NCBI RefSeq assembly: GCF_006345805.1
Contig: NC_042997.1
Location: 208,816,001 to 208,880,000 of the forward strand
Direction of reading: 5' to 3'
DNA from: Octopus sinensis
Lineage: Eukaryota
Length of the DNA: 64,000 nucleotides
The position numbers were made by a program, and so were the translations under genes. Shown piece after piece: positions 12,815 through 25,875 of this stretch. The notes beneath the pieces were generated by a model, which made no database searches, was not told the origin of the DNA, and saw only the letters and a program-made list of their open reading frames with translations. Numbering within the stretch: position 1 is the stretch's first letter; every line of letters starts with the position of its first letter.

Positions 12815-13940
12815 CTGGCAGAACTGTTAGCACGCCGGGCAAAATGCGGAGCCGTATTTCGTTTGCCGTTACGTTCCGAGGGTCGATAAATTAAGTACGC
12901 ACTGAGGTCGATATAATCCTTTCGGGGTCGATTAAATAAGTATCAGTTACGCACTGGGGTCGATATAATCGACTTAATCCGTGTCTGTCCATGTTTTTCC
13001 TCTCTGTGTTTAGCCCCTTGTGGGTAGTAAAGAAATAGGTATTTCGTCTGCCGTTACGTTCTGAGTTCAAATTCTGCCGAGGTCGACTTTGCCTTTCATC
13101 CTTTCGGGATCGATTAAATAAGTACCAGTTACGCACTGGGGTCGATATGATCGACTTAATCCGTGTGTCTGTCCTTGTTTGTCCTCTCTGTGTTTAGCCC
13201 CTTGTGGGTAGTAAAGAAATAGGTATTTCGTCTGCCGTTACGTTCTGAGTTCAAATTCTGCCGAGGTCGACTTTGCCTTTCATCCTTTCGGGGTCGATTA
13301 AACAAGTACCAGTTACGCACTGGGGTCGATATGATCGACTTAATCCGTTTGTCAGTCCTTGTTTGTCCCCTCTGTGTTTAGCCCCTTGTGTATTTCGTCT
13401 GCCGCTACATTCTGGGTTCAAATTCCGCCGAGGTCGACTTTGCCTTTCATCCTTTCATCGGTGTTGATAAAAATGGAAACACTGGAGTCGGTGTAATCAA
13501 GTCCCCCTCTCACCAAATTTTAAGCCTTTGTACCAGTATGAAAAAGGGTTATTCTCAAATCACGTGTAGATTGGCTATTCGTTTGTACTCTAGGCCCGAC
13601 GTTTTGAGGGAGGGGTAGCCAGTCGATTAGATCGACTCCAGTACGCAACTGGCACTTAATTTATTGGGCAAAGTCGACCACGACAGAATTTGAACTCAGA
13701 ACATAAAAACGGACGAAATACCTATTTCTTTACTACCCACAAGGGGCTAAACACAGAGGGAAACAAACAAGGACAGACAAACGGATTAAGTCGATTATAT
13801 CGACTCCAGTGCGTAACTGGTACTTATTTTAATCGACACTGAAAGGATGAAAGGCAAAGTCGACCTCGGCGGAGTTTAGACTCAGAACGTAGCGGCAGAC
13901 GAAATACCGCTTAGCATTTCGCCCGGCGTGCAAACGATTC
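12815..13940. mobile_element. Cluster of tRNA-head SINE multimers (plus-strand trimer, minus-strand dimer)
   Basis: Same head (CTGGCAGAA..GTTAGC), B box GTTCAAATTC and core GCCTTTCATCCTTTCGGGGTCGAT as the large array; units joined by GTAAAGAAATAGGTATTTCG. Confidence 0.8.
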
Positions 13941-15399
13941 TGCCAGCCGCTCGCCGCCTGTGTAGATAGGGTATTGTAATTTTAAAAGTTTTTACTTGTC
14001 CTGGAAGCCTGAATTAAAAAGGACATGATCCAGGGATTCGGACTATGTGACATAACTAATTTAAGTTTAGGCGATCTTTGGTTTTAGGTATAACGATTTT
14101 AGGTGTAATTAGTTTTATCAGCAGGCTAGATAACGAAAAGAAAACACTGAATGTCAATATAAAAATAGACCTGGGGATTCCAAGCGAAACGAATATGTGA
14201 ATGTTTGCAAGTCGCTTATTTAATCTCATTTAATGGAAACATTTAATTTGATATTCTTTTCTATTCTAGGCACAAAGCCAGAAATTTTGGTGGGAGGTGG
14301 GGGGGGCTGTCGATTAGATCGACCCCAGTACGCAACTGGCATTTAATTTATCGACCCCGAAAGGATGAAAGGCAAAGTCGACCTCAGCGTAATTTGAACA
14401 CACATTAATCTAATATTCTCTTCGGTTAAATATTTCCAAATAGCTTTTGTCTAGACAGCGTCGAAAGCAGGGCCGAATTAAGACCCATAAAGGCCCTAAA
14501 CACTTAAAAGATTTTGGTGCCCCGTTTTTATATATGATTTTATATTTTTATTTTTCAAAATAAAACAAAACTAACAGTAAGATGGAAAATAATATTTATT
14601 TTCGTCCACTTCTATTGGAAGTCTCTCTCTTTCTCTCTTTTAAATGTTTCAGTCATTTGACTGCGGCCATGCTGGAGCACTGCCTTTAGTCGAGCAAATC
14701 GACCCCGGGACTTACTCTTTGTAAGCCCAGTACTTATTCTATCGGTCTCTTATGCCGAACCGCTAAGTGACGGGGGACGTAAACACACCAGCATCGGTTG
14801 TCAAGCAATGCTAGAGGGACAAACACAGACACACATATATATACATATATATATACGACGGGCTTCTTTCAGTTTCCGTCTACCAAATCCACTCACAAGG
14901 CATTGGTCGGCCCGGGGCTATAGCAGAAGACACTTGCCCAAGATGCCACGCAGTGGGACTGAACCCGGAACCATGTGGTTGGTTAACAAGCTACTTACCA
15001 CACAGCCACTCCTGCGTCTTTGATCCGATTCCCAAAATTAATCTCACGTAGCACATCTGCTTGTATACCTTGTAGAGATAAGGCATCCCGAACCTTATTT
15101 TAGCAAGTTTAGAGTGATTTCTTTTGTGCTGTCAACCTTTTACTATTTCTGTAGTGTCCCCTCCGTTCCCTTGATGCTGCAAGCACGTGCTTATTTTGCT
15201 CAATGTTTAATCCAGTGATGGTCGGAAGAACTCGTCTACAAGTAGAAAGGAAGAGAGGAGGTAGCTAAAGAGATGGAGTCTTTTATAGGGAAAAAAAGAT
15301 TGAGACAGAAAGGGAAGGGATGGAATTTAAAAACGGAAAAGAAATAAAAGAAGGCAGATCCAAGCGAGTGGAGGCCCAATAATTAGTTTAGTTTGGCCG

Positions 15400-16345
15400 T
15401 CCTGCTGGGCCCTTCAATGATTTTACATGAGCATACCATCCATCACGGTTCCTCATGCATGTTCTTAATTCTCCAACATTTACCATTCCACTGTCCTGAA
15501 GCAAGTTGTCCCCTTAGATTAGACGTTTTCGTCCCCAGTTGATTCTTCCCTCGACTACCATGAGACCAATTGACTCACAGCTTCTTCTGGTGCCTGATGC
15601 ACTGACCAGCAAGTCTCATTCTTCTCAGCTGAATCTTCTCTCTCACTTTGGGCAGATCTTGATAAAGCTGCTTGTTTGTTTGTTGAGCGAAGCGGTCTTC
15701 GTCCCATGTCTGTAGTGGGAGAAGTCCGAAACGTGGTCCTTTGCCATTCGTAATACCCGCACCGCAGAAGAGAAAACAGGTCAACCCCCGACACTGACAG
15801 CATCGACGGATGGATGAATGCGCATCCAGGCTCAGCGGTTATGTAGGAAGTCGGGGACAAGAAACAGGAAGAAAGAGTGAGAGAAAGTTGGAGCGAAAGA
15901 GTACAACAGGGGTCGCCAACACCCCCTGCCGGAGCCTCATGGAGCTGTAGGTGTTTTCGCTCAATAAACACACACAACGCCCGGTCTTGGAATCGAAACC
16001 GCGATCCTCCGACCGCGAGTCCGCTGCCCTAACCACTGGGACATTGCGCCTCCTGATAAAGCTGCTCGTTGGTTAAATGGCTTCTCCATGTAACAACCAG
16101 TGCCAATGTTAATATTTTTGTGTAGCAGCCGTCTATTCATCGAGCTTTATGATAAGGGTTCAAGATTCAGCACCATATAACGAAACTGACTCTATTACGG
16201 AGACAAACAACCTAATGTTCAATTTACGAGTCATCTCAGAACTCCAGATTTTACAGTTTGTGACACACACCCCTAACAAGTGCCGTCTGTACAGCAAAAT
16301 TCTTTTCACTATTTCCATCCAAGCATCAAGGGACTTGAAGTTAGT
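15400..16345 (-). mobile_element. RTE-clade LINE relic, 3' part (RT thumb/C-terminus), itself interrupted by a SINE at about 15680-16053
   Basis: Encodes QLYQDLPKVREKIQLRRMRLAGQCIRH; TGATAAAGCTGCT is duplicated at 15660 and 16054 around the inserted SINE. Confidence 0.75.
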
Positions 16346-19300
16346 GAAGGCGGCGAACTGGCAGAAACGTTAGCGCGCCGAACGAAATGCTTAGCGGTAT
16401 TTCGTCTGCCGCTACGTTCTGGGTTAAAATTCCGCCGAGGTCGACTTTGCCTTTCATCCTTTCGGGTTCGATAAAATTAAGTACCAGTTACGCACTGGGG
16501 TCGATATAATCGACTTAATCTGTTTGTCTGTCCTTGTTTGTCCTCTCTGTGTTTGGCCCCTTGTGGGTAGTAAAGAAAGAGGTATTTCTTCTGCCGTTAC
16601 GTTCTGGGTTCAAATTCCGCCGAGGTCGACTTTGCCTTTCATCCTTTCGGGTTCGATAAAATTAAGTACCAGTTACGCACTGGGGTCGATATAATCGACT
16701 TAATCTGTTTGTCTGTCCTTGTTTGTCCTCTCTGTGTTTGGCCTCTTGTGGGTAGTAAAGAAAGAGGTATTTCGTCTGCCGTTACGTTCTGAGTTCAAAT
16801 TCCGCCGAGGTCGACTTTGCCTTTCATCCTTTCGGGGTCGATAAAATTAAGTACCAGTTACCCACTGGGGTCGATATAATCGACTTAATCTGTTTGTCTG
16901 TCCTTGTTTGTCCTCTCTGTGTTTAGCCCCTTGTGGGTAGTAAAAAAAGAGGTATTTCGTCTGCCGTTACGTTCTGGGTTCAAATTCCGCCGAGGTCGAC
17001 TTTGTCTTTCATCCTTTCGGTGTCGATAAAATTAAGTACCAGTTACGCACTGGGGTCGATATAATCGACTTAATCCTTTGTCTGTCCTTGTTTGTCCTCT
17101 CTGTGTTTGGCCTTGTGGGTAGTAAAGAAATAGTATTCGTCTCTTCTGCCGTTACGTTCTGGGTTCAAATTCCGCCGAGGTCGACTTTGCCTTTGATCCT
17201 TTCGGGTTCGATAAAATTAAGTACCAGTTACGCACTGGGTCGATATAATCTACTTAATCCCTTTGTCTGTCCTTGTTAGTCCTCTCTGTGTTTGGCCCCT
17301 TGTGGGTAGTAAAGAAAGAGGTATTTCGTCTGCCGTTACGTTCTGAGTTCAAATTCCGCCGAGGTCGACTTTGCCTTTCATCCTTTCGGGTTCGATAAAA
17401 TTAAGTACCAGTTACGCACTGGGGTCGATATAATCGACTTAATCCCTTTGTCTGTCCTTGTTTGTCCTCTCTGTGTTTAGCCCCTTGTGGGTAGTAAAGA
17501 AAGAGGTATTTCGTCTGCCGTTACGTTCTGGTACAAATTCCGCCGAGGTCGACTTTGCCTTTCATCCTTTCGGGGACGATAAAATTAAGTACCAGTTACG
17601 CACTGGGGTCGATATAATCTACTTAATCTGTTTGTCTGTCCTTGTTTGTCCTCTCTGTGTTTAGCCCCTTGGGTAGTAAAGAAAGAGGTATTCGTCTTCT
17701 GCCGTTACGTTCTGGTTTCAAATTCCACCGAGGTCGACTTTGCCTTTCATCCTTTCGGGATCGATAAAATTAAGTAGCAGTTACGCACTGGGGTCGATAT
17801 AATCGACTTAATCCCTTTGTCTGTCCTGTTTGTCCTCTCTGTGTTTGGCCCCTTGTGGGTAGTAAAGAAAGAGGTATTTCGTCTGCCGTTACGTTCTGGG
17901 TTCAAATTCCGCCGAGGTCGACTGCCTTTCATCCTTTCGGGTTCGATAAAATTAAGTACCAGTTACGCACTGCGGTCGATATAATCGACTTAATCCGTTT
18001 GTTGTCTTGTTTCGTCTCTCTGTATTTGGCCCCTGTGGGTAGTAAAGAAATAGGTATTTCGTCTGCCGTTACGTTCTGGGTTCAAATTCCGCCGAGGTCG
18101 ACTTGCCTTTCATCCTTTCGGGGTCGATAAAATTAAGTACCAGTACGCACTGGGGTCGATATAATCGACTTAATCCCTTGTCTGTCCTTGTTTGTCCTCT
18201 CTGTGTTGGCCTCTTGTGGGTAGTAAAGAAAGAGGTATTTCGTCTGCCGTTGCGTTCTGGGTTCAAATTCCGCCGAGGTCGACTTTGCCTTTCATCCTTT
18301 CGGGGTCGATAAAATTAAGTACCAGTTACGCACTGGGTCGATATAATCGACTTAATCTGTTTGTCTGTCCTTGTTTGTCCTCTCTGTGTTTAGCCCCTTG
18401 TGGGTAGTAAAGAAAGAGGTATTTCGTCTGCCGTTACGTTCTGGGTTCAAATTCCGCCGAGGTCGACTCTGCCTTTCATCCTTTCGGGGTCGATAAAATT
18501 AAGTACCAGTTACGCACTGGGGTCGATATAATCGACTTAATCTGTTTGTCTGTCCTTGTTTGTCCTCTCTGTGTTTAGCCCCTTGTGGGTAGTAAAGAAA
18601 GAGGTATTTCTTCTGCCGTTACGTTCAGTGGGTTCAAATTCCGCCGAGGTCGACTTTGCCTTTCATCCTTTCGGGGTCGATAAAATTAAGTACCAGTTAC
18701 GCACTGGTGGTCGATATAATCGACTTAATCCCTTTGTCTGTCCTTGTTAGTCCTCTCTGTGTTGGCCCCTTGTGGGTAGTAAAGAAAGAGGTATTCCGTC
18801 TGCCGTTACGTTCTGGGTTCAAATTCCGCCGAGGTCGACTTTGCCTTTCATCCTTTCGGGTTCGATAAAATTAAGTACCAGTTACGCACTGGGGTCGATA
18901 TAATCGACTTAATCCCTTTGTCTGTCCTTGTTAGTCCTCTCTGTGTTTGGCCCCTTGTGGGTAGTAAAGAAAGAGGTATTTCGTCTGCCCTTACGTTCTG
19001 GTTTCAAATTCCGCCGAGGTCGACTTTGCCTTTCGTCCTTTCGGGGTCGATAACATTAAGTACCAGTTACGCACTGGGGTCGATATAATCTACTTAATCT
19101 GTTTGTCTGTCCTTGTTTGTCCTCTCTGTGTTTAGCCCCTTGTGGGTAGTAAAGAAAGAGGTATTTCGTCTGCCGTTACGTTCTGAGTTCAAATTCCACC
19201 GAGGTCGACTTTGCCTTTCATCCTTTCGGGTTCGATAAAATTAAGTACCAGTTACGCACTGGGGTCGATATAATCGACTTAATCCCTTTGTCTGTCCTTG

Positions 19301-22300
19301 TTAGTCCTCTCTGTGTTTAGCCCCTTGTGGGTAGTAAAGAAAGAGGTATTTCGTCTGCCGTTACGTTCTGGGTACAAATTCCGCCGAGGTCGACTTTGCC
19401 TTTCATCCTTTCGGGGACGATAAAATTAAGTACCAGTTACGCACTGGGGTCGATATAATCTACTTAATCTGTTTGTCTGTCCTTGTTTGTCCTCTCTGTG
19501 TTTAGCCCCTTGTGGGTAGTAAAGAAAGAGGTATTTCGTCTGCCGTTACGTTCTGGTTTCAAATTCCACCAAGGTCGACTTTGCCTGTCATCCTTTCGGG
19601 GTCGATAAAATTAAGTACCAGTTACGCACTGGGGTCGATATAATCGACTTAATCCCTTTGTCTGTCCTTGTTTGTCCTCTCTGTGTTTGGCCCTTTGTGG
19701 GTAGTAAAGAAAGAGGTATTTCGTCTGCCGTTACGTTCTGGGTTCAAATTCCGCCGAGGTCGACTTTGCCTTTCATCCTTTCGGGATCGATAAAATTAAG
19801 TAGCAGTTACGCACTGCGGTCGATATAATCGACTTAATCCGTTTGTCTGTCCTTGTTTCTCCTCTCTGTATTTGGCCCCTTGTGGGTAGTAAAGAAATAG
19901 GTATTTCGTCTGCCGTTACGTTCTGGGTTCAAATTCCGACGAGGTCGACTTTGCCTTTCATCCTTTCGGGTTCGATAAAATTAAGTACCAGTTACGCACT
20001 GGGGTCGATATAATCGACTTAATCCCTTTGTCTGTCCTTGTTTGTCCTCTCTGTGTTTGGCCTCTTGTATGTAGTAAAGAAAGAGGTATTTCGTCTGCCG
20101 TTGCGTTCTGGGTTCAAATTCCGCCGAGGTCGACTTTGCCTTTCATCCTTTCGGGGTCGATAAAATTAAGTACCAGTTACGCACTGGGGTCGATATAATC
20201 GACTTAATTTGTTTGTCTGTCCTTGTTTGTCCTCTCTGTGTTTAGCCCCTTGTGGGTAGTAAAGAAAAGGTATTTCTTCTGCCGTTACGTTCAAGGTTCA
20301 AATTCCGCCGAGGTCGACTTTGCCTTTCATCCTTCGGGGTCGATAAAATTAAGTACCAGTTACGCACTGGTGTCGATATAATCGACTTAATCCCTTTGTC
20401 TGTCCTTGTTATCCTCTCTGTGTTTGCCCCTGTGGGTAGTAAGAAAGAGGTATTCCGTCTGCCGTTACGTTCTGGGTTCAAATTCCGCCGAGGTCGACTT
20501 GCCTTTCATCCTTTCGGGTTCGATAAAATTAAGTACCAGTTACGCACTGGGGTCGATATAATCGACTTAATCCCTTGTCTGTCCTTGTTAGTCCTCTCTG
20601 TTTGGCCCCTTGTGGGTAGTAAAGAAAGAGGTATTTCGTCTGCCCTTACGTTCTGGTTTCAAATTCCGCCGAGGTCGACTTTGCCTTTCGTCCTTTCGGG
20701 GTCGATAAAATTAAGTACCAGTTACGCACTGGGGTCGATATAATCTACTTAATCTGTTTGTCTGTCCTTGTTTTCTCTCTGTGTTTAGCCCCTTGTGGGT
20801 AGTAAAGAAAGAGGTATTTCGTCTGCCGTTACGTTCTGAGTTCAAATTCCACCGAGGTCGACTTTGCCTTTCATCCTTTCGGGTTCGATAAAATTAAGTA
20901 CCAGTTACGCACTGGGGTCGATATAATCGACTTAATCCCTTTGTCTGTCCTTGTTAGTCCTCTCTGTGTTTAGCCCCTTGTGGGTAGTAAAGAAAGAGGT
21001 ATTTCGTCTGCCGTTACGTTCTGGGTACAAATTCGCCGAGGTCGACTTTGCCTTTCATCCTTTCGGGGACGATAAAATTAAGTACCAGTTACGCACTGGG
21101 GTCGATATAATCTACTTAATCTGTTTGTCTGTCCTTGTTTGTCCTCTCTGTGTTTAGCCCCTTGGGTAGTAGTAAAGAAAGAGGTATTTCGTCTGCCGTT
21201 ACGTTCTGGTTTCAAATTCCACCAAGGTCGACTTTGCCTGTCATCCTTTCGGGGTCGATAAAATTAAGTACCAGTTACGCACTGGGGTCGATATAATCGA
21301 CTTAATCCCGTTGTCTGTCCTTGTTTGTCCTCTCTGTGTTTGGCCCTTTGTGGGTAGTAAAGAAAGAGGTATTTCGTCTGCCGTTACGTTCTGGGTCAAA
21401 TTCCGCCGAGGTCGACTTTGCCTTTCATCCTTTCGGGATCGATAAAATTAAGTAGCAGTTACGCACTGCGGTCGATATAATCGACTTAATCCGTTTGTCT
21501 GTCCTTGTTTCTCCTCTCTGTATTTGGCCCCTTGTGGGTAGTAAAGAAATAGGTATTTCGTCCTGCCGTTACGTTCTGGGTTCAAATTCCGACGAGTCGA
21601 CTTTGCCTTTCATCCTTTCGGGTTCGATAAAATTAAGTACCAGTTACGCACTGGGGTCGATATAATCGACTTATCCCTTTGTCTGTCCTTGTTTGTCCTC
21701 TCTGTGTTTGGCCTCTTGTATGTAGTAAAGAAAGAGGTATTTCGTCTGCCGTTGCGTTCTGGTTCAAATTCCGCCGAGGTCGACTTTGCCTTTCATCCTT
21801 TCGGGGTCGATAAAATTAAGTACCAGTTACGCACTGGGGTCGATATAATCGACTTAATTTGTTTGTGTGTCCTTGTTTTCCTCTCTCTCTGTGTTTAGCC
21901 CCTTGTGGGTAGTAAAGAATAGGTATTTCTTCTGCCGTTACGTTCAAGGTCAAAATTCCGCCGCCGAGGTCGACTTTGCCTTTCATCCTTTGGGGTCGAT
22001 AAAATTAAGTACCAGTTACGCACTGGTGTCGATATAATCGACTTAATCCCTTTGTCTGTCCTTGTTAGTCCTCTCTGTTTGTTTGGCCCCTTGTGGTAGT
22101 AAAGAAAGTGGTATTTCGTCTGCCGTTACGTTCTGGGTTCAAATTCCGCCGAGGTCGAATTTGCCTTTCATCCTTTCGGTTCGATAAAATAAGTACCAGT
22201 TACGCACTGGCGTCGATATAATCGACTTAATCCCTTTGTCTGTCCTTGTTAGTCCTCTCTGTGTTTGGCCCCTTGTGGGTAGTAAAGAAAGAGGTATTTC

Positions 22301-24876
22301 GTCTGCCGCTACGTTCTGGGTTCAAATTCCGCCGAGGTCGACTTTGCCTTTCATCCTTTCGGGTTCGATAAAATTAAGTACCAGTTACCCACCGGGGTCG
22401 ATATAATCGACTTAATCTGTTTGTCTGTCCTTGTTTGTCCTCTCTGTGTTTAGCCCCTTGTGGGTAGTAAAGAAAGAGGTATTTCTTCTGCCATTACGTT
22501 CTGGGTTCAAGTTCCGCCGAGGTCGACTTTGCCTTTCATCCTTTCGGGTTCGATAAAATTAAGTACCAGTTACGCACTGGGGTCGATATAATCGACTTAA
22601 TCCCTTTGTCTGTCCTTGTTTGTCCTTCTGTGTTGGCCCTTTGTGGGTATAAAAGAAAGAGGTATTTCGTCTGCCGTTACGTTCTGGGTTCCAATTTCCG
22701 CCGAGGTCGACTTTGCCTTTCATCCTTTCGGGATCGATAAAATTAAGTAGCAGTTACGCACTGCGGTCGATATAATCGACTTAATCCGTTTGTCTGTCCT
22801 TGTTTCTCCTCTCTGTATTTGGCCCCTTGTGGGTAGTAAAGAAATAGGTATTTCGTCTGCCGTTACGTTCTGGGTTCAAATTCCGCCGAGGTCGACTTTG
22901 CCTTTCATCCTTTCGGGGTCGATAAAATTAAGTACCAGTTACGCACTGGGGTCGATATAATCGACTTAATCCCTTTGTCTGTCCTTGTTTGTCCTCTCTG
23001 TGTTTGGCCTCTTGTATGTAGTAAAGAAAGAGGTATTTCGTCTGCCGTTGCGTTCTGGGTTCAAATTCCGCCGAGGTCGACTTTGCCTTTCATCCTTTCG
23101 GGGTCGATAAAATTAAGTACCAGTTACGCACTGGGGTCGATATAATCGACTTAATCTGTTTGTCTGTCCTTGTTTGTCCTCTCTGTGTTTAGCCCCTTGT
23201 GGGTAGTAAAGAAATAGGTATTTCTTCTGCCGTTACGTTCAAGGTTCAAATTCCGCCGAGGTCGACTTTGCCTTTCATCCTTTCGGGGTCGATAAAATTA
23301 AGTACCAGTTACGCACTGGTGTCGATATAATCGACTTAATCCCTTTGTCTGTCCTTGTTAGTCCTCTCTGTGTTTGGCCCCTTGTGGGTAGTAAAGAAAG
23401 TGGTATTTCGTCTGCCGTTACGTTCTGGGTTCAAATTCCGCCGAGGTCGAATTTGCCTTTCATCCTTTCGGGTTCGATAAAATTAAGTACCAGTTACGCA
23501 CTGGCGTCGATATACTTAATAATCCTTTGTCTGTCCTTGTTAGTCCTCTCTGTGTTTGGCCCCTTGTGGGTAGTAAAGAAAGAGGTATTTCGTCTGCCGC
23601 TACGTTCTGGGTTCAAATTCCGCCGAGGTCGACTTTGCCTTTCATCTTTCGGGTTCGATAAAATTAAGTACCAGTTACCCACCGGGGTCGATATAATCGA
23701 CTTAATCTGTTTGTCTGTCCTTGTTTGTCCTCTCTGTGTTTAGCCCCTTGTGGTAGTAAAGAAAGAGGTATTTTTCTGCCATTACGTTCTGGGTTCAAGT
23801 TCCGCCGAGGTCGACTTGCCTTTCATCCTTTCGGGTTCGATAAAATTAAGTACCATTACGCACTGCGGTCGATATAATCGACTTAATCTGTTTGTCTGTC
23901 CTTGTTTGTCCTCTCTGTGTTTAGCCCCTTGTGGGTAGTAAAGAAAGAGGTATTTCGTCTGCCGTTACGTTCTGGTTTCAAATTCCACCGAGGTCGACTT
24001 TGCCTTTCATCCTTTCGGGTTCGATAAAATTAAGTACCAGTTACGCACTGGGGTCGATATAATCGACTTAATCCCTTTGTCTGTCCTTGTTTGTCCTCTC
24101 TGTGTTTGGCCCCTTGTGGGTAGTAAAGAAAGAGGTATTTCGTCTGCCCTTACGTTCTGGGTTCAAATTCCGCCGAGGTCGACTTTGCCTTTCATCCTTT
24201 CGGGGTCGATAAAATTAAGTACCAGTTACGCACTGGAGTCGATATAATCGACTTAATCCCTTTGTCTGTCCTTGTTTGTCCTCTCTGTGTTTGGCCCCTT
24301 GTGGGTAGTAAAGAAATAGGTATTTCGCCTGCCGTTACGTTCTGGGTTCAAATTCCGCCGAGGTCGACTTTGCCTTTCATCCTTTCGGGGTCGATAAAAT
24401 TAAGTACCAGTTACGCACTGGTGTCGATATAATCGACTTAATCCCTTTGTCTGTCCTTGTTAGTCCTCTCTGTGTTTAGCCCCTTGTGGGTAGTAAAGAA
24501 AGTGGTATTTCGTCTGCCGTTACGTTCTGGGTTCAAATTCCGCCGAGGTCGAATTTGCCTTTCATCCTTTCGGGTTCGATAAAATTAAGTACCAGTTACG
24601 CACTGGCGTCGATATAATCGACTTAATCCGTTTGTCTGTCCTTGTTTGTCCTCTCTGTGTTTAGTCCCTTGTGGGTAGTAAAGAAAGAGGTATTTCGTCT
24701 GCCGTTACGTTCTGGGTTCAAATTCCACCGAGGTCGACTTTGCCTTTGATCCTTTCGGGTTCGATAAAATTAAGTACCAGTTACGCACTGGGGTCGATAT
24801 AATCGACTTAATCCCTTTGTCTGTCCTTGTTTGTCCTCTCTGTGTTTGGCCCCTTGTGGGTAATAAAGAAAGAGGT
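16346..24876 (+). repeat. SINE-derived tandem array: one tRNA-like head plus 46 x ~185-bp units, flanked by a 13-bp TSD
   Basis: Units start GGTATTTCGTCTGCCG at 16397, 16581, 16766 ... 24689 (46 counted); ACTTGAAGTTAGT at 16333-16345 and 24877-24889. Confidence 0.95.
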
Positions 24877-25870
24877 ACTTGAAGTTAGTAACTTCCTTAA
24901 GTTCTCATCCGTTTCTCGCACTGAGGTGATTTGGTTGCTCGGTGTCTTCATTGAAGACCTTATTAGTTTTATCTGAGTTACAGTACAGGCCAACCTTTGC
25001 AGCTTCAACTTCCAGTCTGTTGAGCACTTCCTCTGCCCGATGTATCTCTTCAGAGAGAAGAGCAATGTCGTCTGCAACATCTAGATCTGTAAGTATTTAT
25101 TTTTGGTGCAACTCGTCTACTTCTCCGTTTTTTCCAACTTAAACCCCTATTATTCCTCTTTTCCTTCTAAGGTCTTGCGCACCACATAGCCTAGCACTGG
25201 AACAAAGGGATACTGTGCAAGTATATCCCCTTTAAGTATTCCTGCTGTTATTTTTTCTCTATCATATGTTTATAGTTCTTGCTTTTGTATGTTCGCAAAG
25301 CTTCGCTATGGCATAGAGAAGTTTTAGAGGTATATCATACTCTTTTAGGATTGTGAGCATCTTGCCTCTGTGAATGGAATCAAAAGCCTTCTTGAAATCA
25401 CCATATAGGATGACAGTTTTTCTATTGTGTGCTTCGACTTCTTCAATTAACCTTTTCGAAGTTAGAATATGTGTTGCTGCGGATCGACGAGGTCAGAAAT
25501 CATTCTGATTTTGTCCTTGATGTTTATCGATACTAGGTTGTAATAAGATAATTTTGTTTGTGATTTTGGCCACTGTTGAAGATAGTTCTTGGTATCACGG
25601 AGATTTCCTGATTTTGGAATAGGGAGCAGATCCAACTCTGATAACAGCTTTGGCTTCATCTTCTCTTTCAATAGTTTGTTTGCAAAGTATAGCCCAATTT
25701 CGTCGAAATTACATCGTTTCAAAACTTCGAGTGCAATGTTACCTGAACCCAAAGATTTACCTTCCTTGATTGATTTCTTCGCGAACTGAAGTTCTTCATC
25801 TTTAAATTCGGCACCATTAATGTCAATGTTATTCAGTCCCTTGAGAAGATCTGCTTCATTTATTATCAAT
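24877..25870 (-). mobile_element. RTE-clade LINE relic, 5' part (RT core)
   Basis: Broken frames: LLPIPKSGNLRDTKNY, QNDFRP, DFKKAFDSIHR, GILKGD, DVADDIALL, VTNFK; joins across the array to 16345. Confidence 0.85.
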
Positions 25871-25875
25871 CATTA

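Noticed and set aside
16346-16440. tRNA gene
   Set aside because: A/B-box-like motifs only; this is a SINE head without a complete cloverleaf
16397-24876. CRISPR array, or hammerhead retrozyme tandem repeat
   Set aside because: Units are near-identical over their full length (no unique spacers, no cas genes, eukaryotic context), and I found no CTGANGA/GAAA hammerhead core on either strand of the unit
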